Made by a program: the position numbers and the translations under genes
The notes under the pieces: generated by a model
What the model was told of the DNA's origin: nothing
The model's database searches: none
Seen by the model: the letters and a program-made list of their open reading frames with translations, nothing else
Shown: positions 1 through 9,372 of the stretch, one piece after another
How the letters are laid out: every line of letters starts with the position of its first letter
How positions within the stretch are numbered: the first letter of the stretch is position 1
Source of the DNA: Lancefieldella parvula
GTDB taxonomy: Bacteria; Actinomycetota; Coriobacteriia; Coriobacteriales; Atopobiaceae
Length of the DNA stretch: 43,167 nt
Reading direction: 5' to 3'
NCBI GenBank assembly: GCA_963551855.1
Contig: CAUVID010000001.1
Span: 1 to 43,167 of the forward strand

Positions 1-1140
1 TACCTCACTCAGATGGCTGCAAAGTGCACCGCTCGCCGTCTTGTTCCTGACTACATCTCTGAGAAGAAGATGAAGGAGTACAAGCTTTCTAAGGGCGAGA
101 AGGAAGGCGAGGGCGATACCTTCACTTGCATGGGCTGCCGTTCCTTCCTGACTCCAGACCGTTCTGGTAATGGCTTCAACAACGTTGCTCGCGCAAAGAA
201 CTATGAGCCAAACAAGCCTAAGTATTACGGCCGCTTCAACCAGGGTGTTGTAACCATCAACCTTCCTGATGTTGCTCTTTCTGCTGGTCGCGATATGGAC
301 AAATTCTGGAAGATCTTTGATGAGCGTCTTGAGCTTTGCCACCGCGCACTTCGTGCTCGCCACGATCGCCTGAAGGGCACCCTGTCTGATGCAGCTCCTA
401 TCCTTTGGCAGTACGGCGCACTTGCTCGTCTGGACAAGGGTGAGGTTATCGATCCTTTGCTTTACGGCGGATATTCCACTATCTCCCTTGGCTATGCAGG
501 TCTGTATGAGTGCGTTAAGGCTATGACTGGTCACAGCCACACCGACAAAGAGGCAACTCCATTTGCTCTCCAGGTTATGCAGCACATGAACGATAAGTGC
601 ACCGAGTGGAAGGAAGCAGAGGATATCGATTACTCCCTCTACGGAACTCCTCTTGAGTCCACCACCTACAAGTTTGCTAAGGCACTTCAGCGTCGCTTTG
701 GTGTTATCCCAGGCATCACCGATAAGGGCTACATCACCAACAGCTACCACGTCCACGTTGCAGAAGAGATTGACGCATTCCAGAAGCTCCAGTTTGAGTC
801 TGAGTTCCAGCGTCTTTCCCCAGGTGGAGCAATCTCTTACGTTGAGGTTCCTAACATGCAGGACAATATCGAGGCTGTTCTCAGCGTCATGCAGTTCATC
901 TATGACCACATCATGTATGCAGAGCTCAACACCAAGTCTGACTTCTGCCAGGAGTGCGGTTATGACGGTGAGATTCATATTGTCGAGGAGGACGGCAAGC
1001 TGGTTTGGGAGTGCCCACACTGCGGCAACCGTGACCAGACCAAGATGAATGTTGCTCGTCGTACCTGCGGCTACATTGGTACCCAGTTCTGGAACCAGGG
1101 CCGTACCCAGGAGATCAAGGACCGCGTCCTTCACCTCTAA
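1..1140 (+). CDS. nrdD: Anaerobic (class III) ribonucleoside-triphosphate reductase, C-terminal part (5' end outside window)
   Basis: MGCRSFL and GRFNQGVVTINL motifs, C-terminal CQEC...CPHC Zn site and glycyl-radical motif RRTCGYIG; followed by nrdG. Confidence 0.97.
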   Translation, partial: YLTQMAAKCTARRLVPDYISEKKMKEYKLSKGEKEGEGDTFTCMGCRSFLTPDRSGNGFNNVARAKNYEPNKPKYYGRFNQGVVTINLPDVALSAGRDMDKFWKIFDERLELCHRALRARHDRLKGTLSDAAPILWQYGALARLDKGEVIDPLLYGGYSTISLGYAGLYECVKAMTGHSHTDKEATPFALQVMQHMNDKCTEWKEAEDIDYSLYGTPLESTTYKFAKALQRRFGVIPGITDKGYITNSYHVHVAEEIDAFQKLQFESEFQRLSPGGAISYVEVPNMQDNIEAVLSVMQFIYDHIMYAELNTKSDFCQECGYDGEIHIVEEDGKLVWECPHCGNRDQTKMNVARRTCGYIGTQFWNQGRTQEIKDRVLHL

Positions 1141-1156
1141 GATTTATGTACTAGAC

Positions 1157-1196
1157 AAACGAGCAGAAGAGCGCCTTGGCCCTTCTGCTCGTTTTT
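1157..1196 (+). terminator. Intrinsic terminator after nrdD
   Basis: 13-bp stem AAACGAGCAGAAG/CTTCTGCTCGTTT running into a T tract. Confidence 0.8.
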
Positions 1197-1253
1197 ATTA
1201 TCTCTATCAGGTAACATCCACAATATGTGAAAGTTACCCATCAAAGGTTATGT

Positions 1254-1796
1254 ATGAACTATTCAAATATTAAGTTTTCAGATATTGCAAATGGTGTTGG
1301 CGTAAGAACAACTCTGTTTGTTTCAGGCTGCCGTCTGCACTGTGAAGGCTGCTTTAATTACGAGGCGTGGGACTTCAAGAGCGGCGGAGAGTTTACTCCA
1401 GAAGTTGAGCAAGAGATTATTGACTCTCTTGCACCTGTCTATATCAACGGTCTTTCCATCCTTGGTGGAGAGCCTTTTGAGCCGGAAAACCAAGAAGGTC
1501 TTGTTGAGTTTGTCGAGAAGGTCAGAGCTACCTATCCACAAAAGAGCATTTGGATGTATTCGGGTCACACCTGGGATCAGCTGACCGAGGGAAAGTGGCA
1601 CACAGAGTACACTGATCGCATTCTGTCTTGTATTGATGTTCTGGTAGATGGTCCATGGGTTCAGAGCCTTCACGATATTACTTTGCGTTTTAGAGGCTCC
1701 TCCAACCAGCGTCTTATTGATGTTCCTAAAACGCTTACTTCAGGAGAGATTACACTTTGGTCCGATGGACCTATGCTGAGCTCTCGTGAGATGTAA
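1254..1796 (+). CDS. nrdG: Anaerobic RNR activating enzyme (radical SAM)
   Basis: NGVGVR..LFVSGCRLHCEGC (CxxxCxxC), GGEP, FRGSSNQR; ATG 1254 chosen as start. Confidence 0.97.
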   Translation: MNYSNIKFSDIANGVGVRTTLFVSGCRLHCEGCFNYEAWDFKSGGEFTPEVEQEIIDSLAPVYINGLSILGGEPFEPENQEGLVEFVEKVRATYPQKSIWMYSGHTWDQLTEGKWHTEYTDRILSCIDVLVDGPWVQSLHDITLRFRGSSNQRLIDVPKTLTSGEITLWSDGPMLSSREM

Positions 1797-1810
1797 GAGC
1801 TCCAAAACGC

Positions 1811-1840
1811 AAAAAAGCCCGCGTATGCAGGCTTTTTGTT
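1811..1840. terminator. Bidirectional terminator between nrdG and the convergent DMT gene
   Basis: AAAAAAGCCCGC-GTAT-GCAGGCTTTTT, imperfect stem with A/T tails on both sides. Confidence 0.7.
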
Positions 1841-1864
1841 TAGGGTCGTGTTGTGTTGAGGTTT

Positions 1865-2812
1865 TTAGTTTTCTGAAGCGGTTTGGGGCTCTGCGGGTTT
1901 CTCGCCAAGCTCGCTGATAAAGATTGCAACAAAGATAACAATAAAGCCCAGGAAAATCGTAGGTGTAATAACTTCAGCAAGGAAGATAACGCCAAAAACT
2001 GCTGCAAAAATACTGTCCAGAGAGATAATCAGAGAAGCCTGAACAGGAGCAACTGACTTCTGTGCACGGTTCTGTAAAACACCGGTTAGCGCGGTCGCAA
2101 TAAGAGTGATGTAGGCGAGAGCAACCCAGGCATTTATGGGCAGTACCGCAAAATTGGGAACCGTTTCAAAGCAAAGCGCGTAGGCAAGGCAGGGAAGGGC
2201 GCTCACACCAAGCTGCACCACCGTAAGCGTGATGATGTCGTATTTGTGAGCAAGCTCGGCAATAAGCACAAAATCAAAGGCAAAAATAATAGCTGAAAGC
2301 AATGTCATCTGCTCGCCCAAGCCAAACGAGAACGAAAAATCAGTGCCCAGTGAGATAAGACCAATGCCAGCTACGCATAAAAAGGCTGCAAAAATACTGG
2401 TTCCATGAGGTTTTTTCTTTGCGATAAGCCAGTTTACAAACGGAATCATCGCGCAATAAATTGATGCAATAAAAGCGGCTTTACCTGCAGTGGTATAAGC
2501 AAGAGCTCCATTTTGGAAAAGATATCCTAAACCGTTAAGAACGCCTAAAAGCACGCCGTATTTGATATGTGTGGCATCCAAGTGTTCTTTAAGGTTTTTT
2601 CTAAAGATGATGGCAACAATACCTACAGCAAAGACAAAACGTAAGGTCATAAGCCAAGCTGCCGAGATGTAACTAATTGCATCTTTGATAACGACAAAAG
2701 ATCCGCCCCAGATAAGTGCGCAGACAAGAAGAGCAAACTTCCATACAAGCGTAGAAGAAGTATCTAGTGTGAGTCTGGAAGAGTTTCTAGTAGAAAGATC
2801 TGATGATGCCAC
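1865..2812 (-). CDS. EamA/DMT family transporter
   Basis: About 10 hydrophobic segments, IWGGSF start motif, two EamA-like repeats. Confidence 0.9.
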   Translation of the reverse strand: MASSDLSTRNSSRLTLDTSSTLVWKFALLVCALIWGGSFVVIKDAISYISAAWLMTLRFVFAVGIVAIIFRKNLKEHLDATHIKYGVLLGVLNGLGYLFQNGALAYTTAGKAAFIASIYCAMIPFVNWLIAKKKPHGTSIFAAFLCVAGIGLISLGTDFSFSFGLGEQMTLLSAIIFAFDFVLIAELAHKYDIITLTVVQLGVSALPCLAYALCFETVPNFAVLPINAWVALAYITLIATALTGVLQNRAQKSVAPVQASLIISLDSIFAAVFGVIFLAEVITPTIFLGFIVIFVAIFISELGEKPAEPQTASEN

Positions 2813-3013
2813 GCGCTATCCATTCCCGTCGAAGATAAAAGTTAAGGTATAGGTAGTGTTCTGAGAAAATCAAACGCGTGCAAGTATACGTGATTTTGCA
2901 CTTGGAACGCCCCACAAGCAGCATAAAAATGAGATTAGAAGTATACTCACATCTGCAAGAAAAATAAGTGTGTGCGATTGTTTTATGCAAGAAGATATTT
3001 CAAGGAGACTTGT

Positions 3014-3898
3014 ATGTCCAACTACGTTTTGACCTGTTGTTCTACGGCCGATGTAAGTGAGAAGTACCTTCAGTCACGAGATGTGAAATACGTATATTTC
3101 AACTACGAACTTGATGGTGTTCAGTGCAAGGATGACTTTGGTCGCACTAATGCACCAGCTGATCTCTTTAAAAAGATGCTTGCAGGTGCTGAGTGCCGCA
3201 CTTCACAGGTATCAATTGGTGAGTACATGGCCTTCTGGCGTCCTTTCCTGGAAGAGGGCAAAGATGTTCTTCATGTTTCGTTGAGTTCGGGCGTTTCTGG
3301 AACATACGAGTCTGCTTGCCAGGCAAAGGTAGAGATTGAGCAGGAGTTCCCTGACAGAAAGATTGAGGTTGTTGACTCTCTGCAGGCATCTTCTGGTTAT
3401 GGTCTCTTGGTAGATGGTCTTGCCGATAAACGCGATGAAGGCCTGTCTTTTGACGAGGCAGTTGCATGGGCTAAAGAAGCACGTCATCGTGTGTATGGCT
3501 GGTTCTTCTCTACAGATTTGACCTTCTTTGTTCGCGGCGGTCGCATTTCTAAGACAGCTGGCCTGCTTGGCGGCATGCTTAACATTTGTCCTGTTATGGA
3601 TGTCGAGGCCGACGGCTCTTTGGCTGTTAAAGAGAAGGCACGTGGCAAAAAGAAGGCAACTGCTCGCGTTGTTGAGATTATGACTCAGACTGCTGAGCGG
3701 GGAAACGCTTATGCGCGTAAGGTGTTTATCTCTAACTCCGAGTGCGCTTCTGATGCTCAGGCTGTTAAAGAGCTTATTAAAGAAAAACTTCCTCAGATAG
3801 GCGATATCAACATCTTTACTATTGGTGCAACAATTGGCGTTCATACTGGTCCTGGAACTGTTGCAACGTTCTGGTGGGGAGAAGAGCCTCGCGCTTAA
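3014..3898 (+). CDS. DegV family (FakB-like) fatty acid-binding protein
   Basis: TSQ, SLSSGVSGTY, VDS, RGGRIS, IGVHTGPG motifs; AAGGAG RBS before ATG 3014. Confidence 0.93.
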   Translation: MSNYVLTCCSTADVSEKYLQSRDVKYVYFNYELDGVQCKDDFGRTNAPADLFKKMLAGAECRTSQVSIGEYMAFWRPFLEEGKDVLHVSLSSGVSGTYESACQAKVEIEQEFPDRKIEVVDSLQASSGYGLLVDGLADKRDEGLSFDEAVAWAKEARHRVYGWFFSTDLTFFVRGGRISKTAGLLGGMLNICPVMDVEADGSLAVKEKARGKKKATARVVEIMTQTAERGNAYARKVFISNSECASDAQAVKELIKEKLPQIGDINIFTIGATIGVHTGPGTVATFWWGEEPRA

Positions 3899-3933
3899 GA
3901 TGTTGCTCGAGTAGGTAAGAAAGGGCTTTAGTC

Positions 3934-5127
3934 ATGGTTAATTTTGAGTACGTTGTACCTACTCAGGTTGTTTTTGGAAAAGATACTCAGCTTCGTGCGG
4001 CAGAGCTTGTCTTTGCTCATGGAGGCAGCAAGGTGCTGGTGCATTTTGGTGGCAATCATGTGGTAAAGAGCGGCTTGCTTGACCAGATTCACCAGCTTTT
4101 AAGCGATGCTGGAATTGCGTATGTTGACTGTGGTGGAGTTGTTCCTAACCCTCGTTTAGAGCTTGCAGAAGAAGCTGTAGAGCTGGGTAAACGCGAGGGT
4201 GTTGACTTCATTTTGGCTATCGGCGGCGGGTCTGTCATGGATTCCGCTAAGGCTATTGCATATGGCTTAGCCAATGAAGTCTCTCTTGAAGACCTCTATT
4301 TGCATAAGGTCAGTGTTTCAAAGGCAGCTCCTATTGGTGTCATTTCTACTATCGCAGGAACTGGCTCTGAGACCTCAGATTCTTCTGTCATGAACATTAC
4401 GCTGGCCGACGGTCGCGTGCTTAAACGTTCTTATCACCATCAGAGCGGTCGTCCTTGCTTTGCCATCATGAATCCAGAGCTCACTTACTCTGTAAGCGCT
4501 TATCAGACGGCATCAACAGGCGCAGATATCATGATGCACACCATGGAGCGCTACTTTACGCTCGAGAAGGACGTGGCACTCACTGACGAGCTGGCTGAGG
4601 GACTCTTGCGTACCGTAAAAGAAGCTGTTCTGGTTGCTGTCAAAGAACCAGAGAACTACGCTGCACGCGCAGATTTGCTCTGGGCATCGTCGCTTTCTCA
4701 CTGCGGACTTACCGGCACTGGTCGCGTAAGCGATTTTGCCTCTCATGCAATTGAGCATGAGCTCAGCGCAAAGTATGACGTCGCTCATGGTGCTGGCCTC
4801 ACAGCTATTTGGGCAAGCTGGGCTCGCTACGTTATGGGCCAAGATCCAGAGCGCTTTGCACAGTTTGCGGTCAATGTTTTTGGAGTTCAAAACAATTTCC
4901 ATAATCCTGTCGCTACAGGCCTTGCAGGAATTGAAGCTTGGAATCAGTGGTGTCATGCAATTGGTATGCCAACCTCCTTGGCCGAGCTTGGAGTTGCCCC
5001 TTCAGAAGAGGATATTCTTCTGATGGCTAAGGGCACTATTGACGCTCGCGGTGGAGATCATGCAGGTAACTTTATGCAGCTTAAAACAGCAGATGTTCAG
5101 CAGATACTAAGGATGGCTCTAAAGTAG
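3934..5127 (+). CDS. Iron-containing alcohol dehydrogenase (butanol dehydrogenase-like)
   Basis: VVPNP, GGGSVMDSAK, GTGSE, D...H, HAIEH and HGAGL metal ligands. Confidence 0.92.
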   Translation: MVNFEYVVPTQVVFGKDTQLRAAELVFAHGGSKVLVHFGGNHVVKSGLLDQIHQLLSDAGIAYVDCGGVVPNPRLELAEEAVELGKREGVDFILAIGGGSVMDSAKAIAYGLANEVSLEDLYLHKVSVSKAAPIGVISTIAGTGSETSDSSVMNITLADGRVLKRSYHHQSGRPCFAIMNPELTYSVSAYQTASTGADIMMHTMERYFTLEKDVALTDELAEGLLRTVKEAVLVAVKEPENYAARADLLWASSLSHCGLTGTGRVSDFASHAIEHELSAKYDVAHGAGLTAIWASWARYVMGQDPERFAQFAVNVFGVQNNFHNPVATGLAGIEAWNQWCHAIGMPTSLAELGVAPSEEDILLMAKGTIDARGGDHAGNFMQLKTADVQQILRMALK

Positions 5128-5220
5128 AGTTTCTCAAGGTAAATTTTGTTTCATTGCGAGTATTATTACTACATAAGAAGTTACTGGGCCAAAAAGCTCA
5201 AACATACGGAAGGAAGATTC

Positions 5221-5679
5221 ATGAGCGGTTTTGTTAAGGCAGACAATGTTTTTGTAAACCAGAACGCAGCGAGCCGTAATGATGTCCTGCGTTTTATTGC
5301 CGATAAATCATTGGAAGCTGGCGTAACTGATGATGCAGACGCTGTTTACAATGCTTTTTTGGCTCGTGAGGAAATGGGCGAGACCGGCATGACTGACGGT
5401 TTTGCAGTTCCACACGCAAAAGATGCTGCTATCAAGGACGCAGCTGTCTTTGTCTTTAAGAACAGCACCCCTCTTGAGTGGCCTTCTTTTGACGAGAAGC
5501 CCGTTGATGTTGCTATTGCACTGCTTGTTCCAGATGGAGAGGCTGGCACTACTCACATCAAGCTTCTTTCTAAGACCGCTGTTCTTCTGATGAGAGATGA
5601 GTTTAAGTCTCTACTTCGTAGCTCTAACGATCAGGAAGTTATTGCTCAGGCCATTAACGAGGGCATTAGCGAGGAGTAG
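5221..5679 (+). CDS. Stand-alone PTS EIIA component, fructose/mannitol type
   Basis: REEMGETGM..GFAVPHA phospho-His motif, HIKLLS. Confidence 0.9.
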   Translation: MSGFVKADNVFVNQNAASRNDVLRFIADKSLEAGVTDDADAVYNAFLAREEMGETGMTDGFAVPHAKDAAIKDAAVFVFKNSTPLEWPSFDEKPVDVAIALLVPDGEAGTTHIKLLSKTAVLLMRDEFKSLLRSSNDQEVIAQAINEGISEE

Positions 5680-5747
5680 GGTTTCTCGCCAGATTATAGA
5701 GGGCTTGGCAGGTACTTTCTGCAACAGTCTAACTGGGTAAAATTTTG

Positions 5748-5779
5748 GACACTCAAGCACAAACTTGAGTGTCTTTTTT
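5748..5779 (+). terminator. Intrinsic terminator
   Basis: GACACTCAAG-CACAAA-CTTGAGTGTC followed by TTTTTT. Confidence 0.85.
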
Positions 5780-5828
5780 GTGTAAAAAGGCGTACACTTG
5801 TACTAGTTTTAGTCGAGAAGGGAGTCAG

Positions 5829-6401
5829 ATGTTTACACCATGTACTGACAAGCGCGTTGCTGTCTTTTTTGCTGATGGTTGTGAAGAGATTGAGGGACTG
5901 AGTGTTGTTGACGTCCTGTATCGTGCAGGTATTCCCTGTGACAAAGTGTCTATCTCTGATTCCTTGAGCGTGACTTCATCTCACCAGGTTTCCTTTCTAA
6001 CAGACAAGCTACTTAGTCAGGTCTCGTTTGATGATTACAGCATGTTGGTGCTTCCTGGAGGTCTTCCTGGAACTACTAATCTTGAGGCTTGTGAGCCACT
6101 TATGCAGGCAGTTGATGCGTTTGCGGAAGATGGCCGTGCGCTTGCTGCAATCTGTGCTGCTCCTTCAATTTACGCTAAGCGTGGATTGCTTGCGGGTAAG
6201 AAGGCTACGTCTAATCCAGGTTTCCAGCATTTTCTTTCAGAGAATGGCGCTAATCTTTCGCAAGATGCGGTTTGTGTTGACGGCTCTTTTATTACCAGTC
6301 AGGGTGCGGGAACAGCTCTTAAGTTTGGTCTTGAGATTGTTCGCTATCTTGTAGGTAATGACGTGGCAGAAAAAGTTTCAAAAGGCATTGTGCTTATCTA
6401 G
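5829..6401 (+). CDS. DJ-1/ThiJ/YajL family protein
   Basis: GCEEIE, LPGGLPG, AAICAAP (nucleophilic Cys), ITSQGAG. Confidence 0.92.
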   Translation: MFTPCTDKRVAVFFADGCEEIEGLSVVDVLYRAGIPCDKVSISDSLSVTSSHQVSFLTDKLLSQVSFDDYSMLVLPGGLPGTTNLEACEPLMQAVDAFAEDGRALAAICAAPSIYAKRGLLAGKKATSNPGFQHFLSENGANLSQDAVCVDGSFITSQGAGTALKFGLEIVRYLVGNDVAEKVSKGIVLI

Positions 6402-6404
6402 GCC

Positions 6405-7748
6405 ATGGCACCTTCTCAAAAACAGTACCTGGTTATTGATCTAAAGAGTTTTTACGCATCAGTTGAGTGCGTTGAGCGAGGCCTTGATCCCATGAAGGCT
6501 AAGCTTGTTGTGGCTGATCTTACCAGGACAGAAAAGACAATTTGTTTGGCGGTTTCACCGGCGCTTCGTGCGTTGGGTGTTCCTGGACGTTGTCGCGTTT
6601 TTGAGATTCCCAAAAATCTTACGTACGAGGTGGCTCCTCCCCGCATGGCTTTGTATGTGGAGCGCTCTGCAGATGTCTATTCGGTCTACCTCAAATACAT
6701 TGCCCCAGAAGACATCCACGTTTACTCCATTGACGAGGCATTTATTGATGTAACACCGTACTTATCGCTTTACGGATGCACAGCAAGAGAGTTGGGCGAG
6801 AAAATCCGTGCAGACGTAGCAAAAACTACTGGCATTCCTGCTACTTGTGGTTTGGGTCCAAATTTGTATCTGGCAAAAATTGCGCTTGATATTACGGCAA
6901 AGCACAGCCCCAACTTCTTTGGTGAGCTTGATGAAGAGTCGTACAAACTTAAACTTTGGAACCATAAACCTTTGACTGATTTTTGGCATATTGGCGCAGG
7001 TATTCAAAAGCGTCTTGCGGCAATGAATATTCACACCATGGGGCAGCTTGCCATGGCTCCTACAGAACCTCTGTATAAAGAATTTGGCGTTGATGCAGAA
7101 ATCCTTATTGATCATGCGTGGGGCATTGAACCAACTACCATTGCAGATATTAAGGCCTATAAGTCTCAAAGTCATTCTGTCTCAACGGCGCAGGTCTTTG
7201 ATCACAACAGAGATACAGAGGGCGCGCGTCTTATCTTTAAAGAGATGGTTGAGGCGTTGACGCTTGAGCTTGTAACGCAAAAGCTGGTCTGCTCTTCTAT
7301 TGGTATCTATATTGGCTACTCGGCAACAGAGAGCCAGATGGAAGAGCTGAGGCAAACAGGAGATTATAGAAGCTGGAGAAGACATATTCCCTCCAGTAGT
7401 GGCACTAAGAAGCTCTCTTACCCCACTAACTCTAGAGATGAGCTTATGGCAGAGGTTTTGTCTTTCTTTGACGAGCGAGTAATACCTTCAGAAAGCGTGC
7501 ATCGCGTTGGTCTTACCTTTGGAAACACTCAAGAAGAAACGGGCTCAGGCATTCAGACATCGCTTTTCCAAGACAATACCGTTTTAGAGAAAGAGCGCCA
7601 GCGTCAAGATACTATTAACGCCATAAAGAAGAAGTTTGGAAAGAACTCTTTGCTCAAAGCTATGGACCTACTTCCTGAAGCAACTGCTCGACAGAGAAAT
7701 GCTCAGATTGGAGGACACCGTAGTGGAGAAGAAACCAATGAAGCCTAG
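6405..7748 (+). CDS. Y-family DNA polymerase (UmuC/ImpB/UvrX-like)
   Basis: IDLKSFYASVE and YSIDEAFID catalytic motifs; C-terminal IKKKFGKNSLLKA...RNAQIGGH. Confidence 0.93.
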   Translation: MAPSQKQYLVIDLKSFYASVECVERGLDPMKAKLVVADLTRTEKTICLAVSPALRALGVPGRCRVFEIPKNLTYEVAPPRMALYVERSADVYSVYLKYIAPEDIHVYSIDEAFIDVTPYLSLYGCTARELGEKIRADVAKTTGIPATCGLGPNLYLAKIALDITAKHSPNFFGELDEESYKLKLWNHKPLTDFWHIGAGIQKRLAAMNIHTMGQLAMAPTEPLYKEFGVDAEILIDHAWGIEPTTIADIKAYKSQSHSVSTAQVFDHNRDTEGARLIFKEMVEALTLELVTQKLVCSSIGIYIGYSATESQMEELRQTGDYRSWRRHIPSSSGTKKLSYPTNSRDELMAEVLSFFDERVIPSESVHRVGLTFGNTQEETGSGIQTSLFQDNTVLEKERQRQDTINAIKKKFGKNSLLKAMDLLPEATARQRNAQIGGHRSGEETNEA

Positions 7749-7959
7749 ACAGGATTTCTCGCCAGCGGAAGATAGTGCAAAAGAGGACGTGTTTGCAGCA
7801 CAGATGCACTACGGACACCCCCGCATGTCACGAGCAAACAGGGCAAAAATATTCATGCCCTTTGATGCATTGAAGGGTTTAAGAGAGGCTTTAGCAGAAA
7901 GAGAACAAGAAGCTCAAGACCATATAAAAGACTTTCATGACTTACCGCACTGGTCATAG
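7738..7959 (+). CDS. Short YolD-like partner of the Y-family polymerase (73 aa)
   Basis: Overlaps the polymerase 3' end; MSRANRAKIFMPFDALKGLREAL resembles the N-terminal motif of YolD-like proteins. Confidence 0.7.
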   Translation: MKPRQDFSPAEDSAKEDVFAAQMHYGHPRMSRANRAKIFMPFDALKGLREALAEREQEAQDHIKDFHDLPHWS

Positions 7960-8008
7960 GTTTATACGATAAAATAGACAGGTCGTATAAAGAAATCGAG
8001 GAGGTTTC

Positions 8009-8614
8009 ATGAACCCCAAAGCAAAAATTGCCATTCCAGCAATTGTGGCTCTCATTTTTATTGTCATTGATTTTGTTGCACCTGTTCAGTATCTCAGCTA
8101 TTTCCACACGGTATTTAACTTTGCAACTCGTCAGACAAGCCCTATCTCTCTGATGCTTGCGCGTATTACCTACATTATTTTCCTGTGCTACCTTTTTGCT
8201 GCGGTTTCAGGTCTTTTGAGGGGCTTCCGCCCTCGTCTTAGGTGGGGTCTCTCCATTCTCTCTGTAGTTGGTTTAACTACCGCACTTACAGAGCTCTCTG
8301 TGATGATTTCTATCAGCCAGGCAGTGAACTTCACCACCCTTATTCTTAACGTCATGATTGTTACCTTCCTGCTCTTTACCGCTCTTCTTGCGCTTCTCAT
8401 TTGGGTTCGTGCTAAGAAAGAGTTTGACCAGCGTCAGGCTGATCTTGAGGAGGAAGAGGTTGTTGTTGCTCCAATGCCTCTTGCAACTGAGGGCGCAGAG
8501 GTTGCTCCTGTAGTTCCCGTAACTACAGAGGCTACGGCAGCGCCTGCTCCAGAAGCAACTGTCACAACCGTCGCTCCTGAGGCTCCTGCAGCTCCAGAGG
8601 CTCCACAGGAGTAG
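8009..8614 (+). CDS. Hypothetical membrane protein, about 4 TM, with acidic Ala/Pro/Val/Thr-rich tail
   Basis: GAGGAGG RBS, hydrophobic segments, low-complexity APEA repeats. Confidence 0.8.
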   Translation: MNPKAKIAIPAIVALIFIVIDFVAPVQYLSYFHTVFNFATRQTSPISLMLARITYIIFLCYLFAAVSGLLRGFRPRLRWGLSILSVVGLTTALTELSVMISISQAVNFTTLILNVMIVTFLLFTALLALLIWVRAKKEFDQRQADLEEEEVVVAPMPLATEGAEVAPVVPVTTEATAAPAPEATVTTVAPEAPAAPEAPQE

Positions 8615-8668
8615 CTCCTCACGCACACCTCTTCTTGTTCAGGAGAATTTTTCTCATAGGAGAAACGT

Positions 8669-9370
8669 ATGTCTTTTGTTGAATTTAAAGAGGTAACAAA
8701 GACGTATACCATGGGCTCCGTCAAGGTAAACGCTGTCCATGACATGAACTTCTCCATAGAAGAGGGAGAGCTTTGCGTAATTGTAGGCCCATCAGGTGCT
8801 GGTAAAACAACTGTCTTAAATATGCTCGGAGGTATGGACACCTGTACCTCCGGGTCTATTTATTTAGACGGAAAAGAAATTGGTGGGCTTTCAGAAAAAG
8901 AAAGAACGCTCTACCGCCGTCATGATATTGGCTTTGTTTTCCAGTTTTACAATCTAGTTCCTAACCTCACCGCAAAAGAGAACGTTGAGCTTGCGTCACA
9001 GATTTGTCTTGACCCCATGCAGCCAGAAGATGCACTACGCGCTGTTGGTCTTGAGCATCGTATGGATAACTTTCCAGCTCAACTTTCTGGTGGAGAGCAG
9101 CAGCGCGTTTCTATTGCGCGCGCTTTGGCAAAAAATCCACGCCTTTTGCTTTGCGATGAGCCAACAGGTGCGCTGGATTATAAAACAGGAAAGCAAATTC
9201 TTAAGCTCCTGCAAGATATGTGTAAAGAGCAGCATAAGACCGTGGCTATTGTCACGCATAACTTTGCGTTTACTCAAATTGCTCATAGGGTTATCCACGT
9301 TAAAGAGGGTCAAGCTCAATCGGTAGAAATTAATCAGCACCCAGCTGACGCGCTTACTGTCGAGTGGTAG
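8669..9370 (+). CDS. ABC transporter ATP-binding protein (LolD/MacB-like)
   Basis: Walker [25 protein letters not shown]. Confidence 0.95.
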   Translation: MSFVEFKEVTKTYTMGSVKVNAVHDMNFSIEEGELCVIVGPSGAGKTTVLNMLGGMDTCTSGSIYLDGKEIGGLSEKERTLYRRHDIGFVFQFYNLVPNLTAKENVELASQICLDPMQPEDALRAVGLEHRMDNFPAQLSGGEQQRVSIARALAKNPRLLLCDEPTGALDYKTGKQILKLLQDMCKEQHKTVAIVTHNFAFTQIAHRVIHVKEGQAQSVEINQHPADALTVEW

Positions 9371-9372
9371 TC

